A stretch of DNA of 21,260 nt, taken from contig JANOTL010000181.1 of the NCBI GenBank assembly GCA_031416315.1, forward strand, positions 1-21,260, in the 5' to 3' direction. A model generated the notes under the pieces. The model was not told where the DNA came from. It worked only from the letters and a program-made list of their open reading frames with translations, and searched no databases. How positions within the stretch are numbered: position 1 is the stretch's first letter; every line of letters begins with the position of its first letter. Origin of the DNA: Pseudomonadota bacterium (GTDB lineage: Bacteria; Bdellovibrionota_B; Oligoflexia; Oligoflexales; CAIYRB01). Position numbers and translations under genes: made by a program. Shown one piece after another: positions 1 through 9,017 of the stretch.

Positions 1-58
1 CGATAAAATGCAAGACCGGCCCTTGCAATCATCGCTGAGACGCTGAGGCGCGGAAGGT

Positions 59-2503
59 CTAAATCGCCTTCGGCGCGGGCGCAGAGCCGGATGGATCGCT
101 GCGCCGCGTGCCGCCGAACAGATGCTCCCAGCGCCGCACCACGACCTCCAACGGCAGGAGCAGGATCAGCAGCCAAAACCACGGCCGGTCCAGGATCCAG
201 TAGAAATCGCGCAGGGTCTTGAAGCGGTTCGGGAGCGCTACGCCGCCCGTCTGCCCGGTCGCCGCCTCGAGCCAGGGGCCGACGCTGTCCGGAACGGCTC
301 CCTCGGGTCTCGTCGACGGGAGCAGGGTCAGCTTTGCGCCCGTCAGCTCGGCGAGCTCCTCGAGCTTTTGCGGTGCCGCGTCGAGCTCGGCGTCTTTGAA
401 CGTTTCCGGCGCCACGGCGGTGACCTTTGCCTTCAGCGAGCCGAAGGCCGGATGCGTGCCTTCCAGCTCCAGCGTGCAGCGCTCGCCGCCCGCGAGATTG
501 GCGCCGAGAGGGCCGGACACCTCGACCTCGCTTTCGCTCGACTTCATCAGCACGAGCTTCTCCGCCGGCACCAGCGCGCCGCAGGCCTTCAGGCGCCAGT
601 CGGGGGACGGCTGGAAATAGCGCGCCGCGGGGCCGGTGAGCGTGACGCGGAAGGTGGGCGCGCGGCGCCGTCCTACCGCGAGCGCGAAGTTTTTTGCGAC
701 TAATGGCTTTTTCAGGTCCTGACGCATGAGCCAGGTCATCGAAGCCTGCATAAAGCGGTTGTAGACCTGACGCGAGGTCTCGCCTTCGACGGTCATCGCG
801 AGGCGCCACAGCGCGTCGGAAAAGACCCAGATCGCACGGCCCTTGCCGGGATAAGAGGCGACGGCGAGCGGCACCTCCTGCTTGCCGACGCGCGCGATCA
901 AGAGCGGCGTCGTCCCGTCCTTCTTCAGCTTCACGCGCTCCATGCGGTGCAAGCCGCGCGCGGTCTTCCAGCCGGTGAGCGACTCGGCGAGCTGCTCCCA
1001 ATCGTCATAGACGTTGGCGAGAGCGCGCTTCACCGGGTCCGGCTTCGCCAGCTCGACCTTGAACTCGAGGTTCTCGTCGTAGGTCGGGCCCTTGCCGTCG
1101 TCCTTCCGCTGGGCCAAAGAGGCGTCTTTTCCGGGCCCGCCGCCCTCGTCCTCGAGGCCGTCCTCGCCGAAGCCGCCGAAGTCGAAGGGGCTCGCGCCGA
1201 GCTGGCCCGGCTCCACCTCGAAGGGGAGGATCGCCTTCAAGGGCGAGCTGGAGAGGTCCGCGGCCTGCAGCGCCCGCGGCCCGCCGATGAAGAGGAGGCC
1301 GCCGCCATCCTGCACGAATTTCACGAGATTTTGCTGATATTCGGGGAGGAGGAACTGATAGAGCGTGAAATTCTGGATGACGACGACGCGGAAGTTCGGC
1401 AGCTCTTCTTTGAAAAGGCGCTCGACCGGAAAGGGAATGAGGCTCAGCTCGCGCTCACTCACCTGCTGCGAATCCCACGGGTCGCGCAAGATGAAGAAAC
1501 TGATCAGGTCGTACTTCGGCTCAGCCTTCAGATAACGGCGGAGGAACCGGCCGTCCCAACTCGGGGAGCCGAGAAGGTGCAGCACGCCGACCGTATTCGG
1601 CATGACTTCGATTTGCGCGTAGGCGGCGTTGTCCCACAACGCCGTCTCGTCGGCGACGGGCAGCGCGCGGATCGTGAGCAAGTGCTGGCCCCGCGGCAAC
1701 GGCGGGATCGTGACCGCGACGCTCGTATCCAAGTCTTTGTCTTTGAACGCGGCGTTGACGGTCGCGAGCGGCTGACCTTCGGTGAGCACCTGCAACTGCA
1801 CGCGCTCCTCCGAAGCATCCGCGCTCACGCGACGCAATGAGATGTCGATGGTGAGCGGCTTGTCCTCGAAAGAGAACGGCGGCACGTTCGTGTCTTTGAT
1901 GAAGATGTTGCGCCGGCTCTTCGGCGGGAAGCCGAGGACGAGCCCGCGCGGCTCCGGCTTCGCCGTGGCACCGGGCACTACGAGGCCTTTGCCCAAGCCC
2001 TTCATCACGGGATCCCATTTCTCGGTCGGGCGAAAGTCGGCGCCGTCGCTGACGAGGAGCCAAGGATCACCACCGACCTTGAAGAGCCAAGAGTCGATGA
2101 CGCTGCTCAACGGCGTGTAACCCTGGCGCACGTCGTCATCCTGCTCCGAGAGCAAGGTCACCTTCGGCAGACAACCGAGGCGCGCGCAGTCGCGCTCCAA
2201 CGCCTGTCTTACGGCGGTCGCGGCCGCCGCGCCGCTCGCCATCGAGTCCGAGTCGTCGATCAGCGCGTGCACCGGGGTGAGAGACATCGAGCGCGGCAAC
2301 TGCTCGTTCACGGTCTCGGGAAAGAAGCTCAGAAAGATCGGGAGCGTCCAGCCGAGGCGACACAGGCCCGCCGCGACGCCGCGGAGCACGCCGAGCTCGA
2401 GGCTCCAGACGACGACGAGGAGCAAGAGGCTCGCGCCGAACGCGACGACGAGGCCCGCGTAGTAGTCGGAGAAATCCGGGAGGAGCTGGCTCAAGAAATC
2501 CAT
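59..2503 (-). CDS. Membrane-anchored VWA-like plus class I glutamine-amidotransferase-like protein; last gene of the MoxR operon
   Basis: 814 aa; two N-terminal hydrophobic segments; MIDAS-like LIDDSDSM...LLVSDG; core GSPSWDGRFLRRYLKAEPKYDLISFFILRDP...ELSLIPFPVERLF...FVQDGGGLLFIGGP...YPGKGRAIWVFSDALWRL; C-terminal TM motif WLLILLLPLEVVVRR. Its ATG directly follows the upstream TGA (TGAATG). Confidence 0.82.
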   Translation of the reverse strand: MDFLSQLLPDFSDYYAGLVVAFGASLLLLVVVWSLELGVLRGVAAGLCRLGWTLPIFLSFFPETVNEQLPRSMSLTPVHALIDDSDSMASGAAAATAVRQALERDCARLGCLPKVTLLSEQDDDVRQGYTPLSSVIDSWLFKVGGDPWLLVSDGADFRPTEKWDPVMKGLGKGLVVPGATAKPEPRGLVLGFPPKSRRNIFIKDTNVPPFSFEDKPLTIDISLRRVSADASEERVQLQVLTEGQPLATVNAAFKDKDLDTSVAVTIPPLPRGQHLLTIRALPVADETALWDNAAYAQIEVMPNTVGVLHLLGSPSWDGRFLRRYLKAEPKYDLISFFILRDPWDSQQVSERELSLIPFPVERLFKEELPNFRVVVIQNFTLYQFLLPEYQQNLVKFVQDGGGLLFIGGPRALQAADLSSSPLKAILPFEVEPGQLGASPFDFGGFGEDGLEDEGGGPGKDASLAQRKDDGKGPTYDENLEFKVELAKPDPVKRALANVYDDWEQLAESLTGWKTARGLHRMERVKLKKDGTTPLLIARVGKQEVPLAVASYPGKGRAIWVFSDALWRLAMTVEGETSRQVYNRFMQASMTWLMRQDLKKPLVAKNFALAVGRRRAPTFRVTLTGPAARYFQPSPDWRLKACGALVPAEKLVLMKSSESEVEVSGPLGANLAGGERCTLELEGTHPAFGSLKAKVTAVAPETFKDAELDAAPQKLEELAELTGAKLTLLPSTRPEGAVPDSVGPWLEAATGQTGGVALPNRFKTLRDFYWILDRPWFWLLILLLPLEVVVRRWEHLFGGTRRSDPSGSAPAPKAI

Positions 2504-5251
2504 TCAGCGCAGCCTTTTCAGGATCTCGGGCAGATGAATCTGGTCCTTCTTGTAATCGGTCGCCAGGGCCACCATCACCATGTTGACGAAGATGCGGACG
2601 GAGCGCTCGTGGTCGGGCGGCGTGGCGCAGGCGGGCGGGGACGGCCGGTCCTTCAGACTGGCGAGGAAATCATAGGGAATCAAGAGGATCGCGAGTCGGC
2701 CGTCATAATGGAAGCCCCGCCAGATGCCGTCGCCGCAGGACGGCATCGCGTCGAGCAGGTAGAAGCTCCGCATGAGCTCGTGGTCGGGCGGCAAGGGCAT
2801 CCAGCCGGCCTCGCCGAAGATCCCCTCCCCGCTCGCCGCCTCGCTCGAGGCGTCGCCAGGCACTGCGGCCGGCAGACCGTTGCTCGGCGCGAGGCCGGTG
2901 GTCAATTTTGCGAGCGCCGCGGGGCTGGCGTTCGACTCGACGATGAGAAAGCCGCCGCGCTTCAGCCACAAGGAGAGCTCGCCCTTCAGCCGGCCGTCTT
3001 TTCCGGCGATGGCGCTCAAATCCTTTGCCCAGAGCCATGGCTCGAGGAGCGCCTCGCTGCCCGGCGCCGCGTAGATCCCGGGCTTTGCGGTGAGCTCGAT
3101 CGAGGTGCGATGCGAGACCTCGCGCGCCAGCGTCGTGAGGCCGACGACGCCGTCGAGGTAGCCGATGATGCCGAACTCCACCTTCGCGTCGGCGCGCGGC
3201 GCCGCGAACAAGGCGCCCAGCGCGGCGAGCAGGAAGGCGAGCGCCTGGCCCGAAGGCTTGCGCCCCATGGCGCGGACGAAACGACTGGCCACCGAGAAGA
3301 GCCCTTCCAACGCTGCCGCCAAAACGACGACGAGCGCCGCCAATCGAAGCCAGGGCAAGGGATCCTCCCGATCTTTTTTCGAGGCCAGCTCTTTCGCCGC
3401 CAAATCCTGCTGCGCGCTCCAGCGCGGGGGTAGATCCTGCTCGTCCACCTCCGCCAGGAGGCTCTCGCCGAACGGCACGTTGCCGACTTCGAGCCGCGCC
3501 CGCTCCGCCGGCGCCTTCGGCCACGACGTCGTCGCCACGTCGTCGACGCGCGGCCAGCTCGCGATGCCGCCGCCGCCGCGCGGCTCCAGGATCCCTTGGA
3601 ACGTCAGCAACTCACGCATGAGCAGCGGCAATTGCGCGTGCGACAGCCCCGACTGCGGGGACGGATCGAGCGGTACCGTGAACGCCAGGATCGACATGCC
3701 GGTCACCGCATCGCGACCGCTGAACGCGACCGCGCCGGCTTCGTCGCCGACCGCGCCGCCGATCTGTTTTGCGCCGAGCGAAGGCAGGACGCCAAGATAT
3801 TGCGCCCGCGACGAGACGTTGGCGCAGAAGTCCTTCTCGCCGCTGCCGCCGTCCTCGGCGTCGTTCGCCTCGAACGCGAGCCGGGCGTAGCAGCGGCAGA
3901 GCTCGCGCCAGTCCGCGTCCATCGCGGCGGGGACGAGCCAGACCTTGGGGGCTTCGCCCTGCGCCAAGGTCGAGCCCTCGGGCCCGCCGGCGCCGGCCTT
4001 CGCCGCCTTGGCAAACGCGCGACGCGCCTCGGACAAGGGTTTGGGACAGAAGCGGTCGACGCTTTCGCCGGCGCCGCCGAGGAGCACCCAGAACGGCCGC
4101 TCGAAGGGCTTCTCGGCCAGCTTGCCGCCGCCTTCCTTGACGAAGTCGAAGCGCCGCGCCCGAAAGCCCAGGACCTCGAGCGCGATGGTGAGCTGATGCG
4201 CGGGATCGTTCAAGAGGCGCTCGCCGCTGGAGTCGGCGACGATGATCGCTTCCTGCTCGAGGCCCGAGAGCTTGGTCTTCAGCTCGTCGTCGAGCTTCAG
4301 AGCATCTTTGCCCTCGACCTCGATGCGGAACACGAGCGGCGCGTCCTTCGCGGCCGCGAGCGCCTGCTTCACCGCGGTCGCGGGGAAGGTGATGTGGGTC
4401 GTGATCCTTTGCTTCTCGGGCGCGACATGGAAGGGCGCCGTCGCCAGGACGGAGTCGCCGTAAACGGCCGTGAGCTTGCCGTCGAGCGCGTCGCCGGGCC
4501 CGCGCCGGGCGATCTCGACGTCCCAGTCGTAGGTCGCCGCATTCGCCGCCGTGAGCGCGCGCGCGTCGTTGATGAAGAGGTTCTGCGGCTCCGACTCGCC
4601 GGACAGGTCGAAGAAGACGACGAGCATGTCGTCGAGAAGATAGCGCCAGTTGAAGCCGGTCCACGCGTGCGCGTCGCGGTCGGAGGCGATGAAGAGACGG
4701 TCGACCTCCCCGAGATCCTCGACGAGACGCTTCAGCGCCGCGCCGAGCTTCAAGCCGCCGCGGTGAAAGCCGGTGCGGACGACGAGCGCCTTCACCTCGT
4801 CCTCGGTCTTGGGCTCGAAAATCTCGGGGCTCGAGGAAAGGCTCAGGGTCACCCGGCCGCTCGGCGCCAAAGTCGACCAAAGCCCGCCGATTTTCAGCGC
4901 GTAATCCTCGATCGAAATCTGGGCCGACACCGACGGGCTTAAGTCGGTGAAGATGTGGATTCGCGCCTGGTTCGGCTCGAAGGGCGTGAAGACGAGGGTG
5001 CGCGGCCTGAGCGCGAAGCCGACGATCATCATCGCGGCCGCGAGGAACGAGAGAAAGGCGATGAGCGGCGGCGGCCGCAGGAGGAGCTTCGGCATGAGCC
5101 GCGCCTCCAGCGTCATGACGCGGATCGTCGGCAGCCAGACGCGGTTCTGCCGTTTGCGCAAGAGCCACCAGATCAAGAGGCCCAGGAGCGCGAGCCCCAA
5201 GACGGCCGCGAAGGCTTTGGCCGGGTCCAGGAGGATGTTGCCGAAATCCAT
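2504..5251 (-). CDS. BatA-like N-terminal double-TM/VWA protein fused to a C-terminal DUF4159 domain
   Basis: 915 aa; N-terminus LLIWWLLRKRQNRVWLPTIRVM...FALRP resembles the BatA N-terminal motif; FTDLSPSV (DxSxS); C-terminus WLKRGGFLIVE...LPPDHELMRSFYLL...GRLAIL...ALATDYKKDQIHLPEILKRL resembles DUF4159. Confidence 0.8.
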   Translation of the reverse strand: MDFGNILLDPAKAFAAVLGLALLGLLIWWLLRKRQNRVWLPTIRVMTLEARLMPKLLLRPPPLIAFLSFLAAAMMIVGFALRPRTLVFTPFEPNQARIHIFTDLSPSVSAQISIEDYALKIGGLWSTLAPSGRVTLSLSSSPEIFEPKTEDEVKALVVRTGFHRGGLKLGAALKRLVEDLGEVDRLFIASDRDAHAWTGFNWRYLLDDMLVVFFDLSGESEPQNLFINDARALTAANAATYDWDVEIARRGPGDALDGKLTAVYGDSVLATAPFHVAPEKQRITTHITFPATAVKQALAAAKDAPLVFRIEVEGKDALKLDDELKTKLSGLEQEAIIVADSSGERLLNDPAHQLTIALEVLGFRARRFDFVKEGGGKLAEKPFERPFWVLLGGAGESVDRFCPKPLSEARRAFAKAAKAGAGGPEGSTLAQGEAPKVWLVPAAMDADWRELCRCYARLAFEANDAEDGGSGEKDFCANVSSRAQYLGVLPSLGAKQIGGAVGDEAGAVAFSGRDAVTGMSILAFTVPLDPSPQSGLSHAQLPLLMRELLTFQGILEPRGGGGIASWPRVDDVATTSWPKAPAERARLEVGNVPFGESLLAEVDEQDLPPRWSAQQDLAAKELASKKDREDPLPWLRLAALVVVLAAALEGLFSVASRFVRAMGRKPSGQALAFLLAALGALFAAPRADAKVEFGIIGYLDGVVGLTTLAREVSHRTSIELTAKPGIYAAPGSEALLEPWLWAKDLSAIAGKDGRLKGELSLWLKRGGFLIVESNASPAALAKLTTGLAPSNGLPAAVPGDASSEAASGEGIFGEAGWMPLPPDHELMRSFYLLDAMPSCGDGIWRGFHYDGRLAILLIPYDFLASLKDRPSPPACATPPDHERSVRIFVNMVMVALATDYKKDQIHLPEILKRLR

Positions 5252-5263
5252 GCGCGGCTCTCT

Positions 5264-6235
5264 TCAGATGACGGGCGGGGCCGCGAGCGCCCCGTGATTC
5301 CCGGTGTTCCCGAGCCGCACGAACGAGTTGAGGCCCTCCAGGTAGGCGGAGACCTTGGTCTTCTCGGTCACCGGCAGATAGTGGCCTCCGCGACGGCGGA
5401 GCTCCTCGCGCAAGCCGTCCTGCCAGCGCGAGAGGTTGACGCGGTAGTTGTCGCGATGGCGCAGGGCCTGTCCCTGATACTCGCGGCGGCCGCGGCCTTC
5501 GTCGAAGTAGGTCGTGTCGTTCTCGATCCATTCGATACCGGTTTCGAGCGAGCTCAGGACGTGCACCATCAAAGACCGCTTCGGCCCGTCGAGGAAAGCG
5601 CGCGCGTCCGCGTCGCTCAGGCCGTCTCCGACCCAAAACGCGAGGTCCGCGGGCTTTTTCGCGTACGCACGCGGCTCGAAGATCGGCTGCATCGTCCCTT
5701 CGACCGCCCCGCCCGCGAGAATCGCCTGGAACGCGTCGAGCAAGGCGTGCGGCCCGCGCGGCATGAAGCGCGCGCTCGGCGCCGCATTCTTGCCTTCGGT
5801 CGTGAGCCAGAGCTCGACCAAGTCGCCCATCCGAAGATGCAGGTACGCGAGGTGGAACGCGATCCGCGTCGCCACGTCCGCTTTGCGCGGCGGCAATGGC
5901 TTCACCGGCACGTCGGGGCTTGGCCATTGCATCGTCTCTGAGATGTCGAGGCCGATTCGCACGCGCGCCGAGGCCTCGTCGCGGATCTCCCGCACGATCA
6001 GCGTGTCGGTCCGCGCGTACGCTTTCCAGTCGATCAGGTTCACGGGATCGCCGTGCTGGTACTCGCGCCCCGACTCGGGCACGCGCGTCGGCCGGCGCAA
6101 CGCGAGAAAATGGCTGCCGCTCAGGCGCGGACTGTTTTTGAACGAGCGGTAATGCGCCTCCCGCGTCGCCATCGGCGAGAGCGCCGCGAGCGTCGAGGGA
6201 TCGTGCGCATGATCTGGAGCGGGGACGTCGTTCAC
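5264..6235 (-). CDS. DUF58 family protein (VWA-like, MoxR-associated)
   Basis: C-terminal part of the 5264..7183 track ORF: REYQHGDPVNLIDWKAYARTDTLIVRE (DUF58 signature) and LDISETM. Start placed at GTG 6235 just after the moxR stop; ATG 6172 is an alternative. Confidence 0.85.
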   Translation of the reverse strand: MNDVPAPDHAHDPSTLAALSPMATREAHYRSFKNSPRLSGSHFLALRRPTRVPESGREYQHGDPVNLIDWKAYARTDTLIVREIRDEASARVRIGLDISETMQWPSPDVPVKPLPPRKADVATRIAFHLAYLHLRMGDLVELWLTTEGKNAAPSARFMPRGPHALLDAFQAILAGGAVEGTMQPIFEPRAYAKKPADLAFWVGDGLSDADARAFLDGPKRSLMVHVLSSLETGIEWIENDTTYFDEGRGRREYQGQALRHRDNYRVNLSRWQDGLREELRRRGGHYLPVTEKTKVSAYLEGLNSFVRLGNTGNHGALAAPPVI

Positions 6236-6237
6236 GT

Positions 6238-7287
6238 TCAGGCGATACCCTTCGCCAGGTTCTTTTGCCGTGACTCGAGGCGCTCGAGCAGCTGGTCCAA
6301 AAATTTGTCTTCGGTGAGGCCGCCCTGCGTGCCTTGCGCCGAGAGGCGAAGGCGGTGGCGCAGGACGGGCTTCACGAGCCGGCGCACGTGCGACCACCGC
6401 ACGGCGTCCGAGCGCTCGAGCAGCGCCAGCGCGCGCGACGTCGAGACGAGGCTGATGCCGGCGCGCGGGCCCGCGCCGTACCAGATCGAGGGACGGAGCG
6501 TCTCGGGGCAGAGCGGGTCCTCGGGGCGCGTCGAGCGCACCAGGTCCTTGATGCCGGAGAGGATCGCGTCGTCGATCGGCACGGCGCGCGTCGTCTCGAG
6601 GAGGGACGAGACCTCGGCGACCGACAGGTGATCGGCCTCGACGTTTTTTCCGGCGGTGGCGCCGCCGCCTTGCTGCTCGCCGACGAGCTGGCCCAGGGCG
6701 TGCTCCTTCAGGATGAGCATCTCCGCCTTGTCGTCGGGATAATCGACCAAGGTGTGGATCAAGAAGCGGTCGAGCTGCGCCTCGGGGAGGGGGAAAGTGC
6801 CTTCCGACTCGAAGGGGTTCTGCGTCGCGAACACCATGAACGGCAGGGGCAGGTTGTGACGCTTGCCGAAGGCCGTGATCGCGCGCTCCTGCATGGCCTC
6901 GAGCAAGGCCGACTGCGTGCGGGGCGAGGCGCGGTTGATCTCGTCGGCGAGGAGGAGGTTGGTGAAGACCGGCCCCGGGGCAAACTCGAAGTGGCGGCGG
7001 CCGCTGTCCTTGTCGACGTTCAGGATCTCGGAGCCGATGATGTCGGCCGGGAGGAGGTCGGGCGTGAACTGGACGCGGCCGAAGGCCAGACCGAGGTGCT
7101 TGGCGAAGACGCGGACGAGCGTCGTCTTCGCGAGGCCGGGCGCGCCGGTCATCAGAATGTGGCCGCCGGCGAGGAGGCAGCACAGGGTCTCGGTGATCAG
7201 CTCTTCCTGACCGAACACGGATTTCGCGACGCCTTCGCGCAAGCGACCGGCCAGGCGCGCGGCGTCTTCCAACGTGAGCTTGGACAT
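6238..7287 (-). CDS. moxR: MoxR family AAA+ ATPase
   Basis: Walker A GAPGLAKT, RVQFTPDLLPADIIG, Walker B LLLADEINRASPRTQSALLEAMQE, ATQNPFESEGTFPLPEAQLDRF, GAGPRA. Start moved to ATG 7287 (AGGAG upstream), 349 aa. Confidence 0.95.
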   Translation of the reverse strand: MSKLTLEDAARLAGRLREGVAKSVFGQEELITETLCCLLAGGHILMTGAPGLAKTTLVRVFAKHLGLAFGRVQFTPDLLPADIIGSEILNVDKDSGRRHFEFAPGPVFTNLLLADEINRASPRTQSALLEAMQERAITAFGKRHNLPLPFMVFATQNPFESEGTFPLPEAQLDRFLIHTLVDYPDDKAEMLILKEHALGQLVGEQQGGGATAGKNVEADHLSVAEVSSLLETTRAVPIDDAILSGIKDLVRSTRPEDPLCPETLRPSIWYGAGPRAGISLVSTSRALALLERSDAVRWSHVRRLVKPVLRHRLRLSAQGTQGGLTEDKFLDQLLERLESRQKNLAKGIA

Positions 7288-7326
7288 GAGCGGGGAGTCT
7301 CCTGATTTGCCGAGGATCTTCCCCCC

Positions 7327-7332
7327 ATTATA
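7327..7332 (-). promoter_or_regulatory. Putative sigma70 -10 box (TATAAT) for the moxR operon
   Basis: Perfect TATAAT on the minus strand about 40 nt upstream of the moxR ATG in GC-rich DNA; no canonical -35 (that position overlaps the terminator T tract). Confidence 0.55.
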
Positions 7333-7342
7333 GCCACGGGCC

Positions 7343-7373
7343 AAAAAAAAAGGAGCGCCGAATGCGGCGCTCC
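7343..7373 (-). terminator. Rho-independent terminator of the lipoprotein gene
   Basis: Perfect 9-bp stem GGAGCGCCG/CGGCGCTCC (7352-7373), 4-nt loop, followed on the minus strand by 9 T (A7343-7351), about 30 nt after the stop at 7405. Confidence 0.9.
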
Positions 7374-7404
7374 CGTCAGAGCCTGGGCTCTCACTGGATT
7401 CAAA

Positions 7405-8916
7405 TCATTCTTCGTATTCGGCGTCGAGGTACTCGTCGGCCTCGCAGGTCGGCGGGGTCGGCTGGGTCGGGAGCACGTAGACCTTGCCTTTCAGCGTGGC
7501 CTTGTACTTCTTGCCGCCGTCGATGGTGAAGTCGACGTTAGCGGTGAAGGGATCCTTGTCCGCGGCGGGCTTCGTGGTGAACTTCATGGTCCCGAAGCCT
7601 TGCTTCGAGCCCTCGGTGAAGAAGATCGACATTCCGGTCGAGGTGTTCGCCATATCCGGCTTGACGTATTCGTCGTTCTTCGGGAAGCCGGCCGCGGTGA
7701 GCGGCTCGACGCCGATCTGCGCGATGTTGAAGAAGGACATGGTGAGCGACTTGGAGGCCGTGCCGGGCTTGCAGTTCTCGTCGTTGTCGCCTTCACACGC
7801 CTTGCACTCGTACGCCTTGACCTTGCGGGTGAAGTCCTCGCTCGCATCGCCTTCGGTCGCGACGATCGTGAGGGCCTTGTTGCCGCCCGCGTCAGAGAGC
7901 ATGCCGTAGACCGAGCGCACGGCGAAACCGAGATCGGTGTCTTCGCCCGAGACCTCGCCCAAAGTCGCACCCGAGCCAGCGGCCGTAGAGCCGGTGTCCG
8001 AGCCGCTGCCAGTCTCAGAGCCGGAGCCCGCGCTCGGCGGCACGTAGCCGATACCGGCCATGGTGAGCTTCTTACAGGCCGACGCCGACGGCTGGGGCTT
8101 GGTCTGCAGGTCGGGGCTAGTGCTGCCCACGTAGATCTCTTTGTAGTCGATCGCGCCGGCGTTGAACTTCGCCGCGTGCAGTGTGATCTTCGCGCCGTCG
8201 GAGGAGCAGCCGTAAGCGAAGAGGCCGCGCTTCTTGGCGTCGTCGATCGAGCCTTGGAGGCTCGTCTTGCCTTCTGGGGAGAGGAGGCTCTCCCAGGCGT
8301 TGAAGAAGTTCGCGTAGTCGGTGCAGCAGATCTTTTCGTCGAGCGCGGGGCCGCACTTGCCGCCCTTGCTGCCGCCCGAGTCGAAGACGCCGATCCAGAT
8401 CTTGCCCTCGGCCGCGCAGCCTTCGATGCCGGGACCAACCTCGTAGCCGCCGCCGCCGGACGGGTTGCCGGTCGTCATCGGGGCGTCGCCGGTCGTGCTG
8501 CCGGCGCTCGAGCCGCCGCCGGTCGTCGTCGTGGGGGGCGAATCGCAGCCGGCGACCGTAATGGCTTTCGAGCCCGTTCCGGCGACAGAGCCGCTCGCTC
8601 CGGTGCCGGCCTTCGCGCCCGTCGCGCCCGCGGCGCCCGTCGTTCCGGCTGCGCCGGTCGTGCCCATCGCACCCGGTGCAATGACGTCGGCGGCGGTTTC
8701 TTCGGCTCCTTCATCCATGAGCCACAGGCACGGCTTGGTCGTGCCCGTAGTCGTGCCGGTCGCTTTGTCGCTACCGCTCCCTTTCGAGCCGGAGCCCCAG
8801 CCGTTGTTGCCGCCGCCGCCGCCGCCGTCGTACTTCGTGCCGCAGCTCGCCGCGGCGATGACGATCGAGATGACGCCAACGGCGGTCAGATGCTTCCAGC
8901 GGGTCACGGTGCGCAT
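7405..8916 (-). CDS. Putative lipoprotein with Gly/Thr/Ser-rich linkers and Cys-rich domains, function unknown
   Basis: 503 aa; basic N-terminus, hydrophobic stretch, lipobox AAS-C25; 12 further Cys; GGAG upstream of the ATG; strong C/G third-position bias; terminator downstream. Confidence 0.8.
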   Translation of the reverse strand: MRTVTRWKHLTAVGVISIVIAAASCGTKYDGGGGGGNNGWGSGSKGSGSDKATGTTTGTTKPCLWLMDEGAEETAADVIAPGAMGTTGAAGTTGAAGATGAKAGTGASGSVAGTGSKAITVAGCDSPPTTTTGGGSSAGSTTGDAPMTTGNPSGGGGYEVGPGIEGCAAEGKIWIGVFDSGGSKGGKCGPALDEKICCTDYANFFNAWESLLSPEGKTSLQGSIDDAKKRGLFAYGCSSDGAKITLHAAKFNAGAIDYKEIYVGSTSPDLQTKPQPSASACKKLTMAGIGYVPPSAGSGSETGSGSDTGSTAAGSGATLGEVSGEDTDLGFAVRSVYGMLSDAGGNKALTIVATEGDASEDFTRKVKAYECKACEGDNDENCKPGTASKSLTMSFFNIAQIGVEPLTAAGFPKNDEYVKPDMANTSTGMSIFFTEGSKQGFGTMKFTTKPAADKDPFTANVDFTIDGGKKYKATLKGKVYVLPTQPTPPTCEADEYLDAEYEE

Positions 8917-8953
8917 GCGGTCTTCTCCCAGAATCGCCTGTTCTCGTAAGGGC

Positions 8954-8982
8954 TTATCGGGCTCCGGACCGAACTTCTGTAG
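8954..8982 (-). promoter_or_regulatory. Possible sigma28 (FliA)-type promoter for the lipoprotein
   Basis: Minus strand CTACA-N16-CCCGATAA versus consensus TAAA-N15-GCCGATAA; good -10, weak -35 and slightly long spacer. Confidence 0.35.
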
Positions 8983-8989
8983 GGCCTGG

Positions 8990-9017
8990 GATTTTTATTT
9001 TTAAAATCAGATATTTA
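8990..9017 (+). promoter_or_regulatory. Putative IHF binding site
   Basis: AATCAGATATTTA (9005-9017) matches WATCARNNNNTTR exactly and is preceded by an A/T tract GATTTTTATTTTTAA. Confidence 0.6.

Noticed and set aside
9..27. Inverted repeat TGCAAG-N7-CTTGCA downstream of the moxR operon
   Set aside because: Short and at the window edge; no context to tell an operator from chance.
6236..7183. N-terminal half of the 639-aa track ORF 5264..7183
   Set aside because: Arg/Pro-rich off-frame overlap of moxR; only the part from about 6235 down is DUF58-like.
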